DNA of 64,000 nt from a virus (Duplodnaviria > Caudoviricetes), in the IMG/VR virus record IMGVR_UViG_3300034161_000008, positions 1 to 64,000 of that record; one strand, written 5' to 3'. The position numbers and the translations under genes are program-made. This document shows, piece by piece, positions 57,829 to 64,000 of the stretch. Under the pieces are notes generated by a model that worked only from the letters and a program-made list of their open reading frames with translations, ran no database searches and was not told where the DNA came from. Numbering within the stretch: position 1 is the first letter of the stretch; the number at the start of each line of letters is the position of its first letter.

Positions 57829-59787
57829 ATGGGTCCTCTGTTGAAGGACGCCAGTTGGGTCCGTCAGTCCTTCCTTGTGGAAGCGGAATACCTCGAAGAC
57901 ATTGACCTGGCGAACCGAACGTTCTCCTCAGTTTCGACGAAATTCACTGACACAACTCCTGGTGGCAGTTTTGCTATTAACGCTCCACCCCAATTCACAC
58001 GACACGCTGATATCAAGCGCAAAGGTATCTTTGTCGGTTCCAAAGGCATGGGTCGCTACTACAGCGAGGCTATCGACGACAACAGCCGTCTAGTCCACAT
58101 GCGTTTCGGCGTGCCTCAGTTCAACAGCCTGACCACGTTCTTCACCGGGTTCTATAACTCAGGTGCTGGGCAGTTGGCTCGCACGGGTCGATCCAAGGGT
58201 TTGTTCTTCCTGATTGGTCGTGCGGTAGGCTTTGTGGTGACAACCCTGCACTGGCTGCCACTGGCGGTTAGTATTCTGGGTTACGGTTTGCGGTTCTTCC
58301 TGAACAAGCCTTCGAGCAAGTTCTATTACCTCAAGCCAACGATGGGTCTGTATTGGAACGCCGTGACCACCATCGTCAACCAGTTGGCGGTTTACACAGG
58401 CGTGATCCCTCGCTCAGGGGGTACTCCTGATTCCAACGAGAAGATGGGGGACCAATACGAGTTTGACGCTGCGGCACTCCAGAAGATGCACGAGCTGCTA
58501 CCTGACATCTTTAAAGAAGGTGGTGGTATCGACGTGTATGCTCTGGCGAACCGGGCACAACGTCTGGCCAACCGTCAGATCAAAGAAGTTCAGAAAGCGA
58601 TGGAAGAAGAGCAATCCGGTGCTGCACTGGCTGCTCGTCTGCGTAAGATCCGTTTGACCGCTGACAACAAGCCGGACCTGAACGATCACCTGTCGTACTA
58701 CTGGAAGTCCGAACCGTCCAAGCCTAAAGAAGCGACCACCTCGCCTATTAACGCTGACGGCACTGTGGCTACCGGCACTGATCCAACTCAGGCTCAACAA
58801 TCGGGTAACCTGTTCCAAGGCGACACCACGATTGAAGAAGGTCAGAAAGGTGAGAGCTGGTGGAGTGGCTTCAAAGAGTTCTTGAAAGCTGAACTGGATG
58901 ACGGTTCTGCCTTCGCGACCTTCCGTGTGGATGCTGGTGGTTCTGTGTCGGAGACTTTCTCCAGCACCGTAACCGAGTCGGAGATCGCGAACAAGATTAA
59001 CGACATGTCGTCTGAAAACCGTAAGTCCAACTTCAACTTCGCTGGTGGTAACATCATCGGGGGTGCGCTGGGTTCTGCGGTCGGTATGGTGACTGGCGCC
59101 GTTAAAGATTTGGTGGCGGGTATTGGTGAACAGATCCAGGTCTCTGGTCTGGCTGCATTGGGTGGTTCGGCTTTCGTAGACATCCCTAAACACTGGCAGA
59201 ACTCTTCGGCTAGCGTTGCAGCACCTTCGTACACGTTCTCCCTGATCTCTCCGTACGGCAACCCGATCAGTTTGTTGACCAACATCTACATCCCACTGGC
59301 AATGTTGCTGGCGGGTAGTCTGCCTCTGTCCACCGGTAAACAGTCCTACACCTCTCCATTCATTTGCGAGCTGTACGACCAAGGCCGTTGCCAGACACGA
59401 CTGGGGATGATTGACAACCTACAGATCACTCGCGGTGGCGGTAACCTGGGCTTCACTAACGAAGGCCAAGTTCTCCAGATCGACGTGAGCTTCTCTGTAG
59501 TGGACATGTCGTCCGTGCTGCACATGCCAATCACCAGTGGCTTCTCTTTGAACCCACTGGAAGGCGTGTTCGACGACGAAACCATCTTCACCGACTACAT
59601 GGCTGTTCTGGCAGGTTTGGGTCTGGCTGACCAGATCTATCCTTCACGCAAGATGAAACTGAACTGGACGCGCAAGATGGCGAACTGGGACAGCTTCTTC
59701 TCGACCACTCACTTTACAAGCTTTTTGGGGGATACCCCTCCGGGGCGTCTCTTCAGTGCCTTCTACCGTGGGACGAGTCGTTTTTAG
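57829..59787 (+). CDS. Tail/baseplate structural protein (phiKZ gp182-like)
   Basis: 652 aa following the tape measure. C-terminal tube/baseplate-like GMIDNLQITRGGG...IDVSFSVVD. Confidence 0.75.
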   Translation: MGPLLKDASWVRQSFLVEAEYLEDIDLANRTFSSVSTKFTDTTPGGSFAINAPPQFTRHADIKRKGIFVGSKGMGRYYSEAIDDNSRLVHMRFGVPQFNSLTTFFTGFYNSGAGQLARTGRSKGLFFLIGRAVGFVVTTLHWLPLAVSILGYGLRFFLNKPSSKFYYLKPTMGLYWNAVTTIVNQLAVYTGVIPRSGGTPDSNEKMGDQYEFDAAALQKMHELLPDIFKEGGGIDVYALANRAQRLANRQIKEVQKAMEEEQSGAALAARLRKIRLTADNKPDLNDHLSYYWKSEPSKPKEATTSPINADGTVATGTDPTQAQQSGNLFQGDTTIEEGQKGESWWSGFKEFLKAELDDGSAFATFRVDAGGSVSETFSSTVTESEIANKINDMSSENRKSNFNFAGGNIIGGALGSAVGMVTGAVKDLVAGIGEQIQVSGLAALGGSAFVDIPKHWQNSSASVAAPSYTFSLISPYGNPISLLTNIYIPLAMLLAGSLPLSTGKQSYTSPFICELYDQGRCQTRLGMIDNLQITRGGGNLGFTNEGQVLQIDVSFSVVDMSSVLHMPITSGFSLNPLEGVFDDETIFTDYMAVLAGLGLADQIYPSRKMKLNWTRKMANWDSFFSTTHFTSFLGDTPPGRLFSAFYRGTSRF

Positions 59788-59830
59788 CGTCATAGGCCCC
59801 AGCCCCGAAAAGGGCTGGGGCTGTATGCTG
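59788..59830. terminator. Bidirectional hairpin with TATG boxes
   Basis: CGTCATAG-GCCCCAGCCC-CGAAAA-GGGCTGGGGC-TGTATGCTG spans stop to stop. Confidence 0.72.
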
Positions 59831-61018
59831 TCAGAAGTAGATGTTCTTCACTTTCTCGAACAGGTTCATGTCTGTCGAGTAAGCATCCTGTTTGGCTTTC
59901 TCTGCTTTGTAACCAGCCAGCCCAGTCAGTTGCAGTGGGTTGTCGGTGAGGCGCGAGTCTGCTTTGGCAGGTGCTTGGTAGGTGATAGGCGTAGTGGTGA
60001 TCGCCGGAGAGAAAGCCGCTGCCGAGAAATCAGACTTCAGACTGTCCGCTACAGAGGTCGACGAGAACACGTTAGCCAAAGAGTACATCGAACGATCTTT
60101 GGAATCATCCGAGGACTGGTTGGTAGACGCAGCACCAATGGCCGACTTAGCTGCCGGGGAAGCACCTTGAATCGTGGTGATGTCGGTGATCTTGCTGCCC
60201 AGACGAGAAGCTTTGTCCCAACCATTGTCTACAGCATCAAACGCACGAAAGATGCTCGAACCTTCAGACTGCAAGTCACGAACCGAGTTGTACGCAGGGT
60301 TGGTGTAGTTGCGGGAGAAGTCATTGAGAAGCTGAGGGTTCACAGCCTTCAGTACGCCCTGTGCGGTCCCTGCCGCTACACCGAGTAGGCCAGCGGTGTC
60401 AGAACCTCCCACAATGGCTGGTAGGATGTTACCGGCCACACGGTTTATGATGTTCGGGTCACGAATGGCCGAAACGATACCACCGAAGCTATTGGGGATG
60501 CCCAGTGCTGTCGCTTCGTTGATAATCCCCGTGTAGAGACCTGCCAGACCATCGTTGTCCTTGACCACGAAGTCGTAAGCGTCACCCGCCACATCAGAGA
60601 TCAGCGAACCCAAAGCTTTCACGTCAGCCACAGCTGAGGAACTAACTTTGGAGATCACACCACCGATGGATGCAAACACACCATCCTTTTCGTCGAACGC
60701 TCCGAGGATGCCATCCCCCACTTTGCTGGACAGGTCTTTAAAGCCAGCCAGTAGTCCCGAGTTAGAACCAATCACGCGTCCGATCAAAGCAGACTTGTCG
60801 ATGACCAACCCGGCAGCATCGATACCACGAACCACAGAGCCCATAGCAGCACTGAAGTCACCACCGCGCATGCTAGACAGCTTCGTCGTGTCAAAGCGCG
60901 TACGGATGTCCTGGATGCTGTTGATCACGGTGTTCGAAGACTTGGCGTAGACGTCTACCGTTGCGGCGGCGTCCTTGGCACCCGACGAGAAGGAGGTGGT
61001 CGTTAATGAACCAGCCAT
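59831..61018 (-). CDS. Putative virion protein, S/A/G-rich
   Basis: Start MAGSLT at 61018 (RBS GGAGG). Confidence 0.68.
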   Translation of the reverse strand: MAGSLTTTSFSSGAKDAAATVDVYAKSSNTVINSIQDIRTRFDTTKLSSMRGGDFSAAMGSVVRGIDAAGLVIDKSALIGRVIGSNSGLLAGFKDLSSKVGDGILGAFDEKDGVFASIGGVISKVSSSAVADVKALGSLISDVAGDAYDFVVKDNDGLAGLYTGIINEATALGIPNSFGGIVSAIRDPNIINRVAGNILPAIVGGSDTAGLLGVAAGTAQGVLKAVNPQLLNDFSRNYTNPAYNSVRDLQSEGSSIFRAFDAVDNGWDKASRLGSKITDITTIQGASPAAKSAIGAASTNQSSDDSKDRSMYSLANVFSSTSVADSLKSDFSAAAFSPAITTTPITYQAPAKADSRLTDNPLQLTGLAGYKAEKAKQDAYSTDMNLFEKVKNIYF

Positions 61019-61037
61019 AAAAACCTCCAAATAAACC

Positions 61038-61062
61038 AAAAAAAGAAGGACCGAAGTCCTTC
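61038..61062 (-). terminator. Intrinsic terminator
   Basis: Minus strand GAAGGAC-TTCG-GTCCTTC followed by T7. Confidence 0.85.
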
Positions 61063-61081
61063 TAGTTAAGAGCGCCCAACC

Positions 61082-61585
61082 CTAGGGGTTAGACGCCACC
61101 TGTAGCTTTAGGTGCTTGCGGATCTTCTCCAAGCCCTCCATCAGCCAATCATAACCTAAAGGACGAATGGTGACTTGCCCATTGCCGCTCAGGTAGTAGT
61201 GCTTGAATGGCAGTGTGGATTCGACCATCAGTTGTTTAAGCACTGGGTTCTGGTTGAACTTGTGCCAGTTGCCAGCAATGATGATCTCGTGAAAGTTCTC
61301 AACCCTTACAGTCTCCACTGTACGGCCGAATGCTTTGGCTTGGTAGCCGACCATGTCACGCAAACACTGAACCGCAGGGTCTTCTGGGTTCTTGAGTTTG
61401 ATCCAGATCCAGAAAGCTTCCATGGACTTGAAAGCCCCATAGGTAGGATGGACAAACTCAGAGTACGCAAAGTGCGACGCCCGACGACCTATCTCCGTTT
61501 CGCCTTTGCTGTAGACGTTGATGAAGTCGACACCGTCTTTACCTTCGATGTCGTTGATCGCATTCTTGGGTGTTGGTTTACTCAT
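61082..61585 (-). CDS. NADAR-like protein (T4 gp30.3-type)
   Basis: INVYSKGETEIGRRASHF, F-x-S-M-E-A-F-W, AKAFGR, KFNQNPVLKQLM, matching the NADAR pattern. Confidence 0.68.
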   Translation of the reverse strand: MSKPTPKNAINDIEGKDGVDFINVYSKGETEIGRRASHFAYSEFVHPTYGAFKSMEAFWIWIKLKNPEDPAVQCLRDMVGYQAKAFGRTVETVRVENFHEIIIAGNWHKFNQNPVLKQLMVESTLPFKHYYLSGNGQVTIRPLGYDWLMEGLEKIRKHLKLQVASNP

Positions 61586-62097
61586 ACCGTCTCCGCAGCC
61601 TTGAGATCTAGCAGACCTTGTTCCTGATTCTGCTCACGCTCTTCAGCATCTTCTGGTTCGTCTTCCAACTCGCCTTCGATTTCAGGTTCAGCAGTGTCTT
61701 CCAACATTTGTTGCATTGAGATGTTACCCAATGGAACGTTAACCGTGTGGATCGTTGGGTTGGGTTTACCCGCGTGCGTCGCCTCGATTGTAATCTTGAG
61801 GTGGACGATGTGCAGAAAACGCATGGCCTTCACGAAGACTTTCCAAGTCATCTGAGGTCGTGCAAATTCTTTAGTGATATTGCCACGGATACTCGTTTGA
61901 TCGCGCTTGTTGTTGGGAACCCCGTTTCGTACATCGTTGATAAACGAATGCATCAGAACACCCCAACGCATTGGGTTGATGCCATTGTCCAGCAACATGA
62001 TTCGGAACATGCGCGACAGTACACCGTTCACACCGGTAGTACGGTTTACTCCTTTGTCCGGAGACGTCAGAAGTTGAGTGATCTTATTTCTGGCCAC
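61582..62097 (-). CDS. Conserved hypothetical protein with acidic tail
   Basis: 171 aa, ATGA coupling. Confidence 0.72.
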   Translation of the reverse strand: MARNKITQLLTSPDKGVNRTTGVNGVLSRMFRIMLLDNGINPMRWGVLMHSFINDVRNGVPNNKRDQTSIRGNITKEFARPQMTWKVFVKAMRFLHIVHLKITIEATHAGKPNPTIHTVNVPLGNISMQQMLEDTAEPEIEGELEDEPEDAEEREQNQEQGLLDLKAAETV

Positions 62098-62109
62098 AGT
62101 ACAACCCTC

Positions 62110-62622
62110 TTATTTGCGATAAGCAATAGACAGCAATGCTCTCGTCAAAGTCTGGATGTCGGCAAACACGTGCGTGAGCATTCTTAAGTTGTGCTCATAG
62201 TGCGCGTGGGTCTCACCCTCGTCTTTGTCCATGGCCATACAGATGCCTTGGGCGTGACGCTTGAAGGTTGCGACAGCCATTGAGATTTCCATGATGTAAC
62301 CATCTTTGGTCACCAGGTAATCTTCAAGGTTTGTTACGGTACGATCGATCTTCACCACGTCCGGGGTGATGTGTCGACCATTCTTCAGCTTGAAGGCGAT
62401 GTCCTGCAAGTTGTTGAAGAACAGATCAACGTTCGGATACAGCATTTTCAGCTCCAGCTGAAAACCTTGCATCGGCTGATAAGTATCGAACTGATCAGTT
62501 TGAAGCAGCTCTAAAAGCTCCCAGGTCTGTACGCGATCCGGCTCGTACGGTTTGACTGGTTCGCCTCGCGTCACTTGCTTGACACGATAATTGAGCAATC
62601 GACGTTTTATCCACATGGACAA
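62110..62622 (-). CDS. Conserved hypothetical protein
   Basis: 170 aa, RBS CGGAG. Confidence 0.72.
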   Translation of the reverse strand: MSMWIKRRLLNYRVKQVTRGEPVKPYEPDRVQTWELLELLQTDQFDTYQPMQGFQLELKMLYPNVDLFFNNLQDIAFKLKNGRHITPDVVKIDRTVTNLEDYLVTKDGYIMEISMAVATFKRHAQGICMAMDKDEGETHAHYEHNLRMLTHVFADIQTLTRALLSIAYRK

Positions 62623-62709
62623 CTCCGCTTAAAATGAACCCATTGATAGAACATAGCGTAACCACTACACCTAGATGATATGTGTTTCAAATTAACTTGG
62701 TGGTGTGAT

Positions 62710-63162
62710 ATGTCTCAGGTAGAAGTCGTGGACAGAGACGACGCCGTCCTTGATTATACTCAAGGCGTGCTGCGCGATCTCACGCAAGACATCCTCAAGA
62801 AGGGTGTTGCAGAAGTAGGCGACGACGATAAGAAACTTTTATTGGTCGCGTTAAGAGATATGGCTGGTACGGCCATTGGTCGTAAACGCATCAAAGTTGA
62901 AGAACGTGTAGCTGACACTGCTGAAGGTACTGCTGGTCTGATTGCTCAGATCCTGCACGACTCCACGCTGATGAACCACTTCCGGGCAGATCCTAAAGAC
63001 ATTACTCCTCGTGCGAAAGTTGTATTGGGTAGTGATGTTCCGGAACCAACGTTCCTGCCGGGCGAGATGGACATCCAGACCGCACAGCAAGACGTTGAGA
63101 GCTTCATGGCGCGCACGGCGCACCTGTCTGAACAGTTTGACGACGACGAAGGCGACGAGTAA
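62710..63162 (+). CDS. Hypothetical protein
   Basis: Likely start MSQVEV at 62710. Acidic C-terminus. Confidence 0.7.
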   Translation: MSQVEVVDRDDAVLDYTQGVLRDLTQDILKKGVAEVGDDDKKLLLVALRDMAGTAIGRKRIKVEERVADTAEGTAGLIAQILHDSTLMNHFRADPKDITPRAKVVLGSDVPEPTFLPGEMDIQTAQQDVESFMARTAHLSEQFDDDEGDE

Positions 63163-63207
63163 AGCTAGGTCATAGCGGGCAGGGTCTACCCCTGCCCGCT
63201 TATGCCG
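63163..63207. terminator. Bidirectional hairpin with TATG boxes
   Basis: GGTCATAG-CGGGCAGGG-loop-CCCTGCCCG-CTTATGCCG between convergent stops. Confidence 0.72.
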
Positions 63208-63963
63208 TCAAGTCATGTCACGAGGTCGGAACGCAGAGAAGAACTTGATATCGACCAAATTCAATTCCACCAGAGGACTCGCGGCAGCCTCAACGGCTTT
63301 GAACGGGTGCATTGCCTCTGCTTTGAGTTTAGCCATGTCCTGATCACTCGGCAGCGTGTCCTCGAAATACAACTCGGGGGCAAACATCGTGATCTCAGGA
63401 ATACGGCACTTCATGAAGTTTCCGTTCTCGGTGTTTGATTCCAGGAACGAGTTGTAGTCGTACACCACCATCATCGAGTAATGGTCTTTGCAGTATTTCG
63501 GGGTGAGTCGAGCAGGCGGAATGGACCGCATGTAAACTTTACCCATCCCCAACACTTTCGCGTTGAAGATTTTCTGATACTCCTCGATGATCAATGTCGA
63601 CAACTGGTAAGGCCAGTAGTTGACGACAAACGCAGCGCCGTCATGAAACGGACGCTTGATGGCTTGTTCACGCAGCACGCCTGCCAGATGGCACATCAGA
63701 GCCACGCCGTCGGTCATCACAGACTTAGACAGCGTCACCACGTCACGCTTGGCATAGAGCGCTTTGAAAGCCTCCATGTCCACACCCTCGAACTTGTTCT
63801 GGATGCGTGAGTGGTAGTTGTTGTTGGCCACCTGCGTAGCCAACTCATCTGACATTCGAGCAATGGTGCCAAGCACCGTGTCAACCAAACAATCGAGTTC
63901 GAAGTAAATCGTTTCCTCTTTGCCCGTCTGACCCAGTGAGGCTGCACGATTGCGTTTAGCCAT
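63208..63963 (-). CDS. Conserved hypothetical protein
   Basis: 251 aa, ORF complete within the window. Confidence 0.72.
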   Translation of the reverse strand: MAKRNRAASLGQTGKEETIYFELDCLVDTVLGTIARMSDELATQVANNNYHSRIQNKFEGVDMEAFKALYAKRDVVTLSKSVMTDGVALMCHLAGVLREQAIKRPFHDGAAFVVNYWPYQLSTLIIEEYQKIFNAKVLGMGKVYMRSIPPARLTPKYCKDHYSMMVVYDYNSFLESNTENGNFMKCRIPEITMFAPELYFEDTLPSDQDMAKLKAEAMHPFKAVEAAASPLVELNLVDIKFFSAFRPRDMT

Positions 63964-64000
63964 TACTTATTCCCCTTCTCCGGCGGAGCATCAGGATCTG

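Noticed and set aside
8016-63207. CRISPR array or REP/MITE reading of the repeated GGCATAA/TTATGCC words
   Set aside because: Copies are dispersed singly at gene ends, only 7-9 nt are shared, hairpin bodies differ, and there is no spacer periodicity or target-site duplication.
1-64000. tRNA or rRNA genes
   Set aside because: No cloverleaf with a TTCGA T-arm and acceptor stem, and no rRNA-like tract. The TTCGA loop at 14868-14872 (minus strand) lies in a stem that pairs well only on the + strand.

Overview
A 64-kb segment of a nucleus-forming jumbo phage (phiKZ-like, Chimalliviridae), not a bacterial chromosome. From the left: non-virion RNA polymerase beta' subunit, chimallin, split family-B DNA polymerase, an array of about 9 small, probably paralogous acidic proteins, a ~550-nt hairpin-dense non-coding gap, PhuZ tubulin and an accessory block with an RlaP-like nucleotidyltransferase. 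Then come the terminase, three structural genes, tail sheath and tube, a small accessory island (Tad1-like sponge, MazG-like, HTH, DUF488), prohead protease, virion RNAP beta and beta', a 2306-aa tape-measure/lytic transglycosylase, tail genes and a NADAR-like protein. phiKZ gene-number equivalences come from remembered synteny and motifs, not from a search. The main unexplained signals are: (1) a nested, G-U-rich structured RNA candidate at 14.7-15.2 kb on the + strand, antisense to all its neighbours; (2) a second structured element closed by a perfect 14-bp inverted repeat upstream of the DNA polymerase; (3) about 19 copies of a YTATG(C/A/T)(C/T)G box, nearly all directly behind a hairpin and often filling convergent gene junctions with no U-tract; (4) several candidate counter-defence proteins. 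I found no tRNA, rRNA, CRISPR array, transposase, intron or intein.
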